Positions 29,201-48,152 of a DNA stretch of 64,000 nt are shown piece after piece (positions within the stretch are counted from its first letter, which is position 1; each line of letters starts with the position of its first letter). Source of the DNA: the human T2T-CHM13v2.0 reference genome, Homo sapiens; the NCBI RefSeq assembly GCF_009914755.1, contig NC_060937.1. One strand, written 5' to 3'. A model generated the notes under the pieces. That model worked only from the letters and a program-made list of their open reading frames with translations. It was not told where the DNA came from and did no database searches. Made by a program: the position numbers and the translations under genes.

Positions 29201-30654
29201 TCACTGATTATTAATGAGGCTGAGCATGTTTTCAAATGTTTATTGGTCATTTGAATTATTTAAACTTTGCATAAATATCTATTCATTCTTTGCCCATTTG
29301 GAGTTAATTCTTTTTCCTTATTAATTTGTAGTTACTTTATAGTCCCTGAATGCCAGTGCTTTCTTAATCAAAAATCATCCAAAACATCTTTCCTAGTTTG
29401 TGGGTTATAACTTATAAAGTAGTTTATAGTGTCATATAACTGGATTTTACCTTTTGTGTGGGATAAATTGGAAAATCTTTATTTATAACCATGTATTGAC
29501 AAGCCAACATTGATTTACAATGCTACATCTTATATACTAAGTTCTCACAAATATGTAGGTTTGTTTCTGTGCTCTGTATCTATTCTAATAGTCTATTTGT
29601 TTTTCCCTGTACCAACACATACTATTATAATGAATACAGATTTAGAATTAATATTGATATCTAATAGGTTAAGTATACCCTCATTAATCTTATCAAAATT
29701 TCTTGGCTATTAGTAGCCTATTATACTTCCATGCCAATTTTGAGACCAGCTTGTCAAATTCACTATAATCTTGTGGGATTTTGACTAATTATATCTAAAT
29801 ATCAACTTGGAGGGAAACAGTTTTACAATACTAAATCTTCCATTTATTTGTCTTCTTTTATAACTTTGAATAAAGATGTATACTTTTCTCCATTAAAGCA
29901 TTACATGATATTTATTAGATTATTCTTAGTTGTGCAAAGCTTTCTACTATTATTTTGAATGAAATTTTTAAAAATTATATTTCCTTATTGATTGTTACTG
30001 GAGTATAGGAAATGTCATTGATTTGGGAGTATAAATAACCTCACTAAACTCTATTTGTTCTAAATAATTTATTTGTATTTTCTCTTGTATTTTTAATGTA
30101 GCTAATCATATAACCTAGGGCAAATGTACTTGCTAAAAGTGCTGAAAGATATTCTTGTTTTGGTCCTAACTCTAAAGAAAATGTGACAAGTATTTTGCCT
30201 TAAGAATATTTGCTGTAAATTTCTGGTAGATATTCTTTATGAGATTAAAGAATTTCCTTTCTGCTTGTAGTTTACTAAGAATATTCCAGATTTACTAAGT
30301 TATATTTGTTTTTGCTTTGGTTTGTTTTTAGGGCTGGCTATTGAATTTTATCAAACACTTTTTCTCCATTTAGTAGAATAATTTTTCCTCAACTAATAAG
30401 AAGATGAATTAAAAAACAGAATATCAAACCTTGACATTCTTGAGGTAATTCCAAATTGCTCATGAACCTTTAAATATAATATACCTACATTTGAGATAAA
30501 TAAGAAAGATATGTTTTAATAGATGGAAGTGAAAAGAGGAAATCTCAGAAATAAACATTACCTTTTTCTGACTGATTGAATGTGTCCTCCCTAAGATTCA
30601 TAGGTTGAAATCCTTTTGCCCATAGTAAAATTGTCAATTAAAAATACAAATTTA

Positions 30655-33107
<2,453 letters not shown>

Positions 33108-34046
33108 TGCATCTAAAAATGATTCATTCTAGGATCACAATAATGTTACCTTGATAGTAAAAGGTATGATTACTATAAAATTGTTCATAATTTGAAATTA
33201 CTCATAATTGCTCATGATTTGTTAATATTTTACTCAGAATGTTTGCATCCACTCCATGAGCATTTGTAATTGCATAATTTATAATTTTCCTTTCATAAAT
33301 TATTCTTATCTGCTTTAGGTGTCTAGGTTATACTAGACTCAAAGTGAATTTCTATGTTTTCACCATTTCTCTATTCTTTGGAAGTTTATTTAAGGCAGGG
33401 ATTCTAAATTTCTTGACAATTTGGTACAATTTGACAATAAAACCACTCAGGAATGGTCTTTTTTAATGAAATTTTTTAACTACCAACTTTATTCCTTTAA
33501 TGGTTATGGGTCGATTTGAATTTTCTATTCATTCTTGACCAATTTAGGTAATACACATGATTCCAGAAAATTGTCTTTTTTAGTACAGTTTTCATAAATA
33601 TTGACTTTATTTTCAGTTATGCTTTTTCCTTTCCAAAATTAAATTACTTATTTGTTCTTCCTCTCTTTTACACTAATTAAATTTACCAAGGCTTTATCTA
33701 TTAATATTTTCAAAGAACTACCTTTTGGTTGGACTAATCTTTTCTATGATTATTTTGTTTGTTAGTTCATGAATTTATGCCGTTAACTTCATTATTCCAT
33801 TCCATCTACTTTCTTTGGGTTTAGTCTGTAACTTTTTACTAACTTAAGTTGAATGCCTGGCTCACAAATTTTCTTTCTCTATTATTTTCAAGTGTGTGAG
33901 TTTAAAACTTAAAAAAAAAAAAAAGTTACCTTAGGTGTATCATTAAAGTACTGAAATTCAGTTTTGGTCATAGAGTTGTTAATATTTCACAATTTTCATT
34001 CTAATTTCTTCTTTTGATGTCTGATTTAAATTTTCCAACTAAATAG

Positions 34047-34461
<415 letters not shown>

Positions 34462-36879
34462 CAAAACTGATTTTTTATCTAGTTTATGGTCAGTTTTTGA
34501 TACATGGTACAAATGTCTCATGTGTGCTTGAAAAGAATGCATATTCATTGTCCACTGGGTATAAAGTCCATTATATCAAGTTTGTTAATGGTTTTGGTAA
34601 ATCTCTATCTTTACTAACTCTTAGAATATATGATCTGTCAGTTTCTGAAAAAAGTGAGTTTTGAAAACTCTCATTATAACTGTTGATTTGTCAATTTCTC
34701 CTGTCTTCAATTCTGATTGTTTCTGTCATACAGTGTTCCTTCTTAGGTATAAATGGCTAAGGAGTATTAAATCTACTAAATGAATTTTTTGTTCATCTTC
34801 TTCATCCCCAATCATGCTTTTGGCCTTGAAGTATATTAATAGTAATATATTTCTTCCCTTTTGGTTAGTATTTGCCTGTTCTTCTTTTTACACCTTCACC
34901 TCTGATCTTTCTATATTATCTTTTAAATGTGACTCTTGTAGCAACATATAATTGGTTTTTGTCTTTTAAAATCTTAATCAGAATCTCTAACTGTTATCTG
35001 GAAAGTTTAATCTTGTGTAATATTTGTGCTCACTTCTAACATTATTTCATGTTTACTCTTTATTTTTTCTTTCATTTCCACCTATGTTGTGCTGACAGGT
35101 ATAACATTCCTATTTGCTTATCTCTACCACCACTGGATTTATTGATTTATTTCCTTTTTTATTTGTGGTTACTCAAAATTTACACACACATACTTGAACT
35201 AATGAAGTCTAAAATTATTCAATACTTCTATTCTCTTCTTAAACAACAGAACCTAAGAATGCATTAATCTCTTTTTCCAGTTTCTATAAGTTTTTAGCTT
35301 CACCCTGTTGTTAAATACTTCCCTATATTGGTATTCATTTTTATTGCTTTGTTTTTCACAATACATTTAAATTTAACAATATATTTGCCTATTTCCTTTC
35401 TCACCGTAGTTTCCTGCATGCCAGTCTTTTTCTCTGCATTCAGTCTCCTGCTTACTGAAATATATCCTTTAGTAGTTCTTTAAGTAGTGCTGAAAAAACT
35501 ACTAAACGTAGTAAGCTCAGTCTTTAGCTGAAAATGTATTCCGCTAGGCAAAGACTTCTGGCATTGATAGTTATTTTCTCTCAACACTTTCAGGATACTA
35601 TCCAATCCTGGAATCTACTATTGCTGATGTAAAGTTGTCGGCTTGATATTTTTTCTCTTGTATCTTTTTCCGTTATAAGTTTTTCTCTTTGTCTTTAATG
35701 CTGTGCAGTATCATCACAATGTATGTAGGTGTTGATTTGTTTTTATTTGTCCTACTTGGGAACTGATATATTTCTTCAATCTGTAGACTCATGTCTTTCT
35801 GCTTTCTGTTCTGGAATTCTCCTAACCATTGCCTCTTTGAACAATTATTCTCCCTCAGTCTCTTTATTCTCTCCTCTTAAATTCCTATTAGACATATGTT
35901 GGATTTTCTTATCTTATTCTACATGTCTATTAACAACCCTTTCAGGTTTCCTATCTCTTCACTTTGCTGTGCTGCATCCCAGGCTATTTTCCCTCCACTT
36001 CATTCTCTTTTCAATAGTCTAATTTACTAATTAAGTGCTTATTGAATTTTGTTTGATGGTTTGCCCATTTGTTTGTTTTCTTTCAATGACTATATTCTTC
36101 AATTGAAAAAGTTCTGTTTGTTTGATTTTTCTTTCAGATCTATCAGTTCATTTTCTCCTCTATCACAGTCATCCAGTTTTTAATTCCTCGTAAGTTTTAA
36201 TAACCTTAAACATACTTATTTGATAGTCTCAAATTGTTCTATTATTTTTAGTTCTTGAAGTTCTATTTCTTCTAAATGTTGTATCTGCCAAATCTCTTAT
36301 GGTTTTTTCCCCCTAGATATGGTTTATTACTTTTTACAATGACCAAATATTCAGATAGGATATTTAGTGTACTGATCTTGTAAAAGTATTTGCCACAGAT
36401 TGGTTTTCAAGGTTGGTGTTTTCTACTAAGCCTCCAAGTAACTAAATGATCCCGGATAAGTTTTTCATGTTAACTTAGTACTTTTTGGTTACTACCTTTA
36501 CAGACGGCATCAACATGGACCCTCACACCTGCACCTGAGCAATGTGGGGCATTTGATTCCTCATGGTGACAGTTTCTTTCCCACCCCAAGCTCCAGGGAG
36601 ACAGTAAGCTTTCTCATCATTTCTCTGGGCTTGTGGGCAAACATTTTTTAGTCTATGGGAACAGGGAGCACTTCCAGACTCTATTCTTCATGCAGGAATC
36701 TTAATTAAAACCTCTCCACCTCACATATGCCTGCAGCCACGTCCGTTGTCCCCAAACAGATATTAAAATCCAGCATTAGACCACTTAGCCCTATTCCTAT
36801 TTGAAAGCCTCTTTGGCAGCCATGATATCATTATTATTCTCCTTATTCTGGTATTGCTTTTTACTTCATTTCTTCTTCT

Positions 36880-37425
36880 TTTTAAGTATTAGCTCTATTG
36901 AGATATAATTCAGATATCACACAATTCACCTATTTAAAGTATACAATTCAATGGTTTCTAGTATATTCACAGAGCTGTGCAACCATCACCACAAGCAATT
37001 TTAGAACATTTTTCTTACCTAAAAAAGATCCCCCGTACCCACTAGCAGTCACCCTCCCTTTCTACCCCCAAGTCTACCTGGCTTCAGGCTACTACCAATC
37101 TACTTTCTGTCTCTATGGATTTGCTCTATTCTGGATATTTCATGTAAATAGAGCCAAACAATATGTGGTCCTATGTATCTGGCTTCTTTCACTTAACATA
37201 TTTTCAGGGTTCATCCACGTTATAACATGTATCAATACTTCATTTCTTTTTGTTGCTAACATTTCATTGTATGGATAAAACACACTTTATCTGTTGAGCA
37301 GTTGATAGTCATTTGTTTCCAGTTTTTCACTATTATGAATATTATTGCTATGAACATTCATGTAGAAGTTTTTGTGTGGACCTGTTTTTGTTTCTCTTGG
37401 ATAGATTCCTAGGAGTGGAACTGTA
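36880..37425 (-). mobile_element. L1MB-type 3' end
   Basis: 'gctctattgagatataattca...aaagtatacaattcaatgg...gtgcaaccatcaccaca' L1MB7/8-like. Confidence 0.8.
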
Positions 37426-37628
37426 ACCCTAGTCCTGTTTCATTTCTGATACCTCTGATATGCTCTTCCTTTTGAGTTTGGATAAGAGTTAACAATTACT
37501 TATTATATTTTATTCAGAATTTCCAGGTTGAGTAGTGTATGGGGAGGACATCTAGCTCATTCTATTTTGTTCATGTATATCACTAGCTTTTCTATGGCCT
37601 TTATTTTCACACATTTAAAAAATATTTG

Positions 37629-37956
<328 letters not shown>

Positions 37957-40493
37957 TTAAATTTCCCACTCCAAATAGCAGAGGAAATATAAAATCACAC
38001 AAAAATTATTTCTTGTCAATATTGTCTTAAAAATCTATCCTAGGGAGATAATAAAATATATGACAGAAATGCGTCCCTTAATTTTTCTGACCTTTATTAA
38101 AAATGTTCTCATGTTTTCTTTGTAGACTGAATTAGTAATAAATTGTAACTGAATTGGTAATAAACACTGCTAGCTTTCAATATTCTCATATGCTTTATAT
38201 TTCTCCAAACTTTGGTATTTTTAATTTCTTAGATCAACTCTTATTATTTATTTTTAGTTTTTCAATTTATTTTTATTTATTTTTTTAATAAAGGAAATTA
38301 AAAGTTGATTCAACTACCAGGGCATATCTAACAGTCTGCAGAATGCTTTGAAAGTCCAAAATTTTTATATTTAATAAAAGAATCAATATTCTTATTTCCT
38401 ATACTTATTCATTCTTCAAATAATTACTCTGAAGACACTAAAGAGGAATTTCATTTTAGCTGGATACACACAAGAACAAATTCAAGTTGCAACACAAGGA
38501 GCTTAATTTAACTACAAGAAAAACTGTCCACTAAACTGAGAGGTTATAGAGGGTAATAAAGATTCTGCTAAACTGAAAATAGATTCTCCTTTAATTCCTT
38601 TTATCAAGAAATGAATGGACAACAAGCATAGTCACCATAAAAATAATTACTAGATCATATGAAAAGAGACGAAATCTTTGGGCTTACTGGAAATTGTTCT
38701 TAATCTTTTCTTACTATTCTTTAAAATAGCTTCATGTAAATTTAATTCTGTAAGAAAATTCTACAAGCCAATGTTTTATAATCACTAACCAACTGGTATG
38801 AAAACAATTAGTACAGACTGAAAAAATGTTAGTTTTGTCGAATTTAGATATTGAGCAGTGCTGTCAAAAATGAAAAGTTCCAATGCAAATTTTAGAGGCA
38901 ATAAGTGTAATAGTGCTAAAGAGCCCTAGCTCAGAAGACATATGAACCAGTATTCAAATCCCAAACCCACTTTTTATAATTATGTGACTTGAGTGACTTA
39001 AACAATTTTCTCATTTATAAAATACCTCTGAAAATTATTGAATGTCTAAATAAGATAATATATTAATGGAATGAAAGTAGACCAAGATGGCTGAATAGAA
39101 CCCTCCAGTAATTGTCCTCCCCTCCACAGGAACACCAAATTAACAACTATCCACATAAGAAAGCACCTTCATAAGAACCAAAAACCAGGTGAGCAATCAC
39201 AGTACCTGGTTTCAACATCATATGAAGGAAGGAGGCACTGAAGGGAGTAGGAAAGACAGTCTTGAATTGCCTACACCACCTCTTCCCCATCCCCTAGTGG
39301 TGCTACATAGCTTGGAGAAAGAATCTGTGTGCTTGGGAGAGAAAGAGCATATTGATTGTGGTATTTTGCATTGGAATTCAGTGCTACCCTGTCACAGTGG
39401 AGAGCAACAGGGTAGCATTTTGATCAGCCCTAGCTAGAGGGGAATAATCATTCATCCCAGGGGTCAGAACCTGAATTCTAACTAGCCCCACCACCACAGG
39501 CTAAAGTGCTCTGTGTTCTAAATAAACTTGAAAGGCTGTCTAGGCCACAGGAATACAATTCCTGGGCAAGTCCTGGTGCTATGCTGAGTCGGTAGAGTTG
39601 GAGTGCATGTGACCCAGTCAGACACCAGTGCGGACAGCCAAGGCAGTGCTTGCACTGTCCCTTCCTCAACTCCAGGCAGCACAGCTTGCAGCTCTGGCAG
39701 AGATTCCTTCCACTGAAGGAAAGGAGAGGGGAGAGCAAAGAGGACTTTGTCTTACAATTTGGGTACCAGCTCAGCCAAAGTAAAATAAAGCACTAAACAA
39801 ATTGCTAAAGTCCCCAATTCCAGGACTTAGCTCCTGGATGACATTTTGACACCCACCCTGGGCCAGAAGGGAACCCACTGCCCTGAAGGGAGATTCCCAG
39901 GCCTAGCAGGATGAATCACAACCTGACTAAAGAATAGTTGGGCCATGAATAAACATAAGTGGTAGCCAGACAATACTCACCACAAGCCTTGGGCAAGACC
40001 CTGTATTGTGCTGGTTTCAAGTCTGACCCAGCACAATCCCAGTGGTGATGGCCATCCCTCTCCCAACTCCAGACAGCTGAGCATGGAGAGAGAGATTCCA
40101 TTTGTTTGAGGGAAAGTAAGTGAAGAGAGCAAGAGTCTCTGTCTAGCAGTCCAAGGAATTCTCCTGGTTACCCAAGACCACCAATGTGGTATCTCTATGA
40201 GTCTGCAAGAATCACAGCATTACAGGGCATGGAGTGTTCCCTAATGCAGGTATGGCTGCAGTGACCAGAATTAGATCACACACTCAATTCTCTTTGAATA
40301 CTTGGAAATCTTTCCCAAGAAGGACATGTACAAACAAGCCCAGGCAAGGAAGACTACAATAAATACTCAACTCTTCAATGCCCAGACAACAATGAACATC
40401 CACAGGCATCAAGACCATCCAGGAAAACATGACCTTACCAAACAATCAAATAAGGCACCGGTGACCAATCTCAGAGAGACAGAGATATATGAC

Positions 40494-40850
40494 TGTATTA
40501 GTCCATTTTCACACTGTTGATAAAGACATACCTGAGACTGGGAAATTTACAAAAGAAAGAGGTTTAATGGACTCACAGTTCCATGTGGGTGGGGAGGCCT
40601 CACAATCATGGCAGAAAGTGAAAGCACGTCTCACATGGCAGCAGACAAAAGAAGAGAACTTGTGCAGGGAAACTCCCCTTTATAAAACCACCAGTTCTCA
40701 TGAGACTTATTCACTATTACAAGAATTGCATGGGAAAGATCCGCCCCCGTGATTAATTATCTCCTACCAGGTCTCTCCCACAATTTGTGGGAATTATGGG
40801 AGCTACAATTCAAGATGAGATTTGGGTGGGGACACAGCCAAACCACATCA
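40494..40850 (-). mobile_element. THE1-family MaLR solo LTR
   Basis: tgtattagtcc...gacacagccaaaccacatca, 357 bp, 5-bp TSD (a/g)tgac. Confidence 0.92.
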
Positions 40851-42635
40851 GTGACCTTAAAGAAAGAATGGAAAATAGCTATTTTGAGGAAGCTCAATGA
40901 AATTCAAGATAACACAGAGAAGGAATTCAGAATTCTATCAGATAAATGTAACAAAGAAATTGAAATAATTTTTAAAAATCAAGTAAAAATTCTGGAGCTG
41001 AAAAATTCAATTGAAATACTGAAGAATACATCAGTCTGTCAACAGCAAAATTGATCAAGCAAAAGAAACAATTAGTAAGCTTGAAGACAGGCTATTTGAA
41101 AACACACAGTCAGAGGAGACAAAAGAATAAAACAATCAAAAAGAATAAAACATGACTACAAGATCTAGAAAATGGCCTAAAAAGGGCAAATCTAATAGTA
41201 AATGGCCTTAAAGAGGAGGTAGAGAGAGATCAGGGTAGAAGACTTATTCAAAGGCATAATAACAGAGAACTTCCCAAACCTAGAGAAAGACATCAATATT
41301 CCAGTACAACAAGGTTATAGAACACCAGGCAAATTTAACTCAAAAAAGACAACCTCAAGATATCTGAGGTACCTAAAAGCAGGAAGAGAAAAGAAACAAA
41401 CAACATATAATGGAGCTTCACTAGGTTTGGCAGCTGACTTCTGAGTGGAAACTTTACAGGCCAGTAGAGAGTAGCATGATACATTTAAAGTGCTGAAGGA
41501 AAAAGCTTTTATCCTAAAATAGAATAACCAGCAAAAATATCCTTCAAACATGAAGGAGAAATATAGACTTTCCCAGACAAACAAAAGTGGACGGATTTAA
41601 TAAATGTCACACTTGTCCTACAAGGGAAAAAAAAAGGAATTAAAAAATTAATTTAAAAATTAAAAAAAAATTAATGAGCAGTAAGAAATATCTGAAGCCT
41701 CAAAATTCACTGGTAATAGTAAGTATACAGAAAAAGACAGAATGTCATAACATTTATTTGTAGTATGTAAACTACTTATAACTTGAGTATAAAGATTAAA
41801 GATGACTGAACAAAAATAATAACTACAACAGCTTCTCAAGACATAGATAGTACAATAAGATATAAGCAGTAACAACAAAAAGTGAAAAAGTGGGTGGACA
41901 AAGTTAGAGTGTAGAGTTTTTATTAGTTTTCTCTTTATTTACACAATCAGTATTAAGTTGTCATCAGTTTAAAATAACGAGTTATAAGGCATTATATGCA
42001 AGCCTCATGGTAACCTCGAACCAAAAAATCCAAATATACAGCAAATGAAAAGCAAGAAATTAAAACACACCACCTGAGAAAATCACTTTCACTAAAGGAA
42101 GACAGAAAGTAAGGCAAGAAGAAAGAGAAGACCATAAAGCAACCTAAAAACAAACAACAAAATGGCAAGAATAATTCCTTACTCATCAATAACATGGAAT
42201 GTAAATGGACTAAACTTTCCAGTCAAAAGACAGAGTAGCAAAATGGATTTTTAAAAATGAGACTCAATGATCTGTTGTCTTCAAGAAACACACTTCACAT
42301 ATGAAGATACACAGACTGAAAATAAAGGGACAGAAAAAAATATTCCATGCCAAATGAAACAAACAAACAAAAGAAAAACCAGGAGTCACTATAATTATAT
42401 CAGACAAAATAGACTTCAAGACAAAAACTATAAGAAGAGACTAAGAAGACTGCTATACAATGATAAAAGGGTCAATTCAGCAAGAGCATATAACAATTTT
42501 AAATATATATGCACCCAATACTAGAGCACCCAAATATATAAAAGCAAATATTTTTGAGCAAAAGAGAGAGATAAACCCCAATACAATAATAGCTGGAGAC
42601 TTCAACATTGGACAGATCACCCAGACAGAAAATCA

Positions 42636-42958
<323 letters not shown>

Positions 42959-43544
42959 AAGAAATGTTGGACTTAATCTGCACTACAGACCAAACTGACC
43001 TGCCGGTATTTACAGAACATGTGATCCAACGGCTGCAGAATACACATTCTTCTCAGCACATGGATCATTCTCAAGGAGAGACCATATATTAGGCCACAAA
43101 ACAAGTCTTAAAAAATTCAAAAATAAAAAAAAAAAAAAAAGAAATGATGTCAAGTATCTTCTGTGACCACAATGGAATAAAACTAGAAATCAGTAACTGG
43201 AGGAATTTTGGAAACTACACAAATACATGGAAACTAAACAATAGGCTCCTGAATGACCAGTGAGTCAATGAAGAAATTAAGAAGAAAACTGAAAAATTTA
43301 TTGAAACAAATGAAAATGGAAACACACCAATCCTATAGGATATAGCGAAAACAGTATAATAAAAGAAAAGTCTATAGCCATAAAAGCCTACATCAAAAAA
43401 GTAGAAAAACTTCAAATAACCTAACAATGTATCTTGGAAAACTAGAAATGCAGGAGCAAACCAAACCCAAAATTAGTACAAGAAAAGAGATAATAAACAT
43501 CAGAGCAGAAACAAATAAAATTTAAATTAAACATGCAAAGGATA

Positions 43545-44110
<566 letters not shown>

Positions 44111-44799
44111 TCAGAGATGAAAAAGGAGACGTTAGAACTGTTACCACAGAAATACAAAGGATCATTAGAAGCTACCATGAGAAACTATATGCCAACACAT
44201 CGGAACACCAAGAAGAAACGGAGAAATTCTTAAACACACACAACCTCTCAAGATTGAACTACGAAGAAATAGAAAATGTGAACAAACCAATAACAAGTAA
44301 CGAGATTGACACCATAACAAAAAGTCTTCAGCAAAGAAAAGCCTGGGCCCTGATCGCTTGCCTGCTGAATTTGACCAAACATTTATAGAAGAACTAATAC
44401 CAATCCTACTGAAACCATTCTGAAAAATAGAGGAGGAGGGAATATTTCCAAACTTGTTCTACAAGGCCACTATTACCCTGATACCAAAACCAGAGAAGAC
44501 ACATCAAAAAAAAAGAAAACTACAGGCCAATATCCTTGACAAATGTTGATGCAAAAATCCTCAATAAAATAGTAGCAAGCCAAACTCAACAACACATTAT
44601 AAAGATCATTCATCATGACCAAGCGGGATTTATGCCAGGGATGCCAGCATGGTTAAACACATGCATATCAGTCAATGTGATGCATCATATCAACAGAAGG
44701 TAAAACAAAAACCATGTGATCACTTCAATTGATGCTGAAAAAGAATTTTATAAAATTCAACATCCCTTCATGATGAAAACCCTCCAAATGATGAGGATA

Positions 44800-45262
44800 G
44801 CTGGGCACAGTGGTGCATGCCTGTAGTCCCAGCTACTCAGGACACTGAGGCAAGAGAATGGCTCGAGCCCAGGCGTTCTGGGTTGTAATGCACTATACTG
44901 ACTGGGTATCTGCACTAAGTTCAGCATCAATATGGTAATCTCCCAGGAGCGGGGAACCACCAGGTTGCCTAAGGAAGAGTGAACTGGCTCAGGTCAGAAA
45001 AAGAGCCAGTCAAAACTCCTGTGTCGATCAGCAGGGAGATCGCGCCTGTGAATAGCCACTGCACTACGATCCGTTGTCTACAACAAGCACACTTCACATA
45101 TGATGATACATAGACTGAAAATAAAGGGACAGAAAAAAATATTCCATGTCAAATGAAACAAACCAACAAACAAAAAACAGGAGTCACTATACTTATATCA
45201 GACAAAATAGACTTCAAGACAAAAACTATACAGCCTGGCAACAAAGTGAGACTCCATATTTA
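44800..45262 (+). pseudogene. Processed 7SL (SRP RNA) pseudogene, interrupted near its 3' end by a ~165-bp insertion
   Basis: Contains the S domain absent from Alu: 'gcactaagttcagcatcaatatgg...accaccaggttgcctaagga...gtcaaaactcc...atcgcgcctgtgaatagccactgcact'; resumes 'cagcctggcaac' at 45231; degenerate TSD tgag(g/t)atag. Confidence 0.93.
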
Positions 45263-45374
45263 AAATCACTAACAAAATAAAAATAAACTTTTTTAAAAAA
45301 ACACTGAGTATAGAAGGAACATACCTCAACACAATGAAAGCCATATATGACAGACCTACAGCTAGTATCATACT

Positions 45375-45772
45375 TGTGTTAGTCCGTTTTTGTACGACTA
45401 TAAAGAAATATCTGAGACTGAGTAATTCATAAAGAAAAGAACTTTAATTGGCTCATGGTGCTGTACAGGACACATGACGCTGGCATTTTCTTGTCTTATG
45501 GGGAGGCTTTAGGAAACTTAAAATCATGGCAGAAGGCAACGGGGGAACAAGCACTTCACATTGTCAGAGCAGGAGAAAGAGAGAGAGGCAGGGAGGTACC
45601 ACAAACTTTTAAACAACCAGATCTCATGAGAACTCACTCACTGTCATGAGACCATCACCAAGGGGAAATCCACCCCCATGATCCAGTCATCTCCCACCAG
45701 GCCCCACCTCCAACACTGGGGATTAGAATTAGACACAAGATTTGGGCAGGGACACAGATCCAACCCATATCA
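45375..45772 (-). mobile_element. MSTA-like MaLR solo LTR
   Basis: tgtgttagtcc...gacacagatccaacccatatca; perfect 5-bp TSD atact. Confidence 0.92.
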
Positions 45773-48069
45773 ATACTGAATCGGAAAAACTGGAAGCCTT
45801 TCCTCTAAGATCTGAAACAAGGCAAGGATACACACTTTCACCTCTGTTATCCAACACAGTAGTGGAAAACCTACCTAGAGCAACTGGATACAAGAGAGAA
45901 ATGAAAAGTACTCAAACTGGAAAGGAAAAAATTACATTATCCTTGTTTGCAGATGATATGAGCTTATACTTGAAAAAAAAACCTAAAGACTCCAACAGAA
46001 ACCTATTAGAATTGATCAACAAATTCATTAAAGTTGCAGGACACAAAATCAACATACAAAAATCAGTAGCGCTTCTGTATGTCAAAAGTGAACAATGTGA
46101 AAAAGAAATAAAAAAAGTAATCCAATTTACAACAGCTACAAATAAAATAATATATATAAGAATAAACTTAACCAAAGAAGGGAAAGACCCCTACAATGAA
46201 AACTATAAAACACTGATGGAGGAAATTGAAGAGGATGCTAAAAAATGGAAAGATATTCCATATTTATGGATTGGAACAATCAATGCTGTTAAAATGTCCA
46301 TACTACCACAAACAATCTACAGATTAAATGCAATCCCTATCAAAATATTAATGACATTCTTTACAGAAATAGAAAAATAATCCTAAAATTTATATGAAAC
46401 CACAAAGACCCAGAATAGCCAAAGCCATCTTGAGCAAAAAGAACAAAACTGAACCAATCATATTACCTGACTTCAAATTATACTATAGAGCTATGTAACC
46501 AAAACAGCATAGTACTAGCATAACAGATACATAGACCAATGGAACAGAATAGAGAACCCAGAAACAAATCCATACACCTACAGTGAACTCATTCTTGACA
46601 AATGTGTCAAGACCATACATTGGGGAAAGGAGAGTTTCTTCAATAAATGGTGCTGGGAAAACTGGATATCCATAAGCAGAAGAATGAAAGTAGACCCTAT
46701 CTCTTGCCATATACAAAAATCAAATCAAAATGGATTAAGAATTAAATCTAAGACCTCAAACTATGAAACTACTAAAAGAAAGCATTGGAAAAACTCTCCA
46801 AGACATTGGTCAGGACAAATATTTCTTAAGTAATTCCCCACAAGCATAGGCAACCAAAGCAAAAATGGGACAAATAGGATCACATTGAGTTAAAAAGCTT
46901 CTTGGGCAGCAAAGGAAATTGTCAATGAAGTGAAGAGACAACCCACAGAATGGGAAAAAATATTTGCAAATCATCCATCTGACAAGGGATTGATAAAATA
47001 TATGAATTTAAACAACTCAGTAGGAAAAAGCCTAATAATCTGATTATACAATGCATGAAAGATCTGAATAGAAATTTCTCAAAAGAAGAGATACAAATGG
47101 CACACAGGTATATGAAAAGGTACTCAACATCACTGATGACTAGAGAAATGCAAATCAAAACTATAATGAGGTATCACCTCACCCCAATTAAAATGGCTTT
47201 TATCCAAAAGATAGGCAATAACAAATACCAGCAAGTAAGTGAAGAAAAGGGAACCCTTGTACACTGTGGGTGGAAATGTAAATTAGTATAACCACTATAG
47301 AGAACTATATGGAGTTCCTCAAAAAAAGAAGAAAAAAAAATAACTAGAACAACCATATGACACACCAATCCTAGGTATAGGCTAGGTATATGCCCGGTAT
47401 ATGCCCAACAGAAAGAAAATCCATATATTGAAGAGAGGTCTGTGCTACCATGTTTATTGAAGCACTATTCACAATAGCTAAGATTCGGAGGCAACCTAAG
47501 TGTTCATCAACAGACAAATGGATAATGTTGTACACACACACAATAGAGTACTGTTCAGCCATAAAAAAGAATGAATGAAGTTCTGTCATTTGCAACAACA
47601 TGGATGGAACTACAGCACATTATTTAAACTGAAATAAGCCATGCATAGAAAGACAAACTTCACATGTTTTCACTCATTTCTAAAAGCTAAAAATTAAAAC
47701 AATAGAATTCACAAAGAGAGACTAGAAGGATGGTTACCAGAGGTGGGAAGGGTAGTGAGAATTGGGGAAGGGAATGGTTAATGGGTACAAAAACATAGAT
47801 AGAATGAAGATCTAGTATTTGATAGCATAACAAGGTGACTATAGTCAACAATTTATTGTTCATTTTTAAGTAACTAAAAGTATAATTGGAACGTTCATAA
47901 TGCAAAGAAATGATAAATGCTTAGGGTGATAGATATGGCATTCACCCTGTTGTGATTATTACATATTCTATGCCTGTATCAAAGTATCTCATGTACCCCA
48001 TAAATATATACTGACCATGTACCCATACAAATTAAGGATAAAAATTTATTTTATTTTATTTTATTTTTA

Positions 48070-48152
48070 ATAAATAAAAGAGGTTTTATTTTGGCTCATG
48101 GTTCTGCAGGCTGTACAGGAAGCATAGTACCAACATCTGCTTCTGGTGATGC
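48070..48152 (-). mobile_element. Short internal MST(B)-like LTR fragment
   Basis: 'aaaagaggttttattttggctcatggttctgcaggctgtacaggaagcat...catctgcttctggtga'. Confidence 0.75.

Noticed and set aside
36898-37278. 126-aa ORF
   Set aside because: Antisense reading of an L1MB 3' UTR.
45742-46380. 212-aa reverse-transcriptase-like ORF
   Set aside because: Open remnant of L1MA ORF2; the flanking ORF2 is broken by stops, frameshifts and nested insertions.
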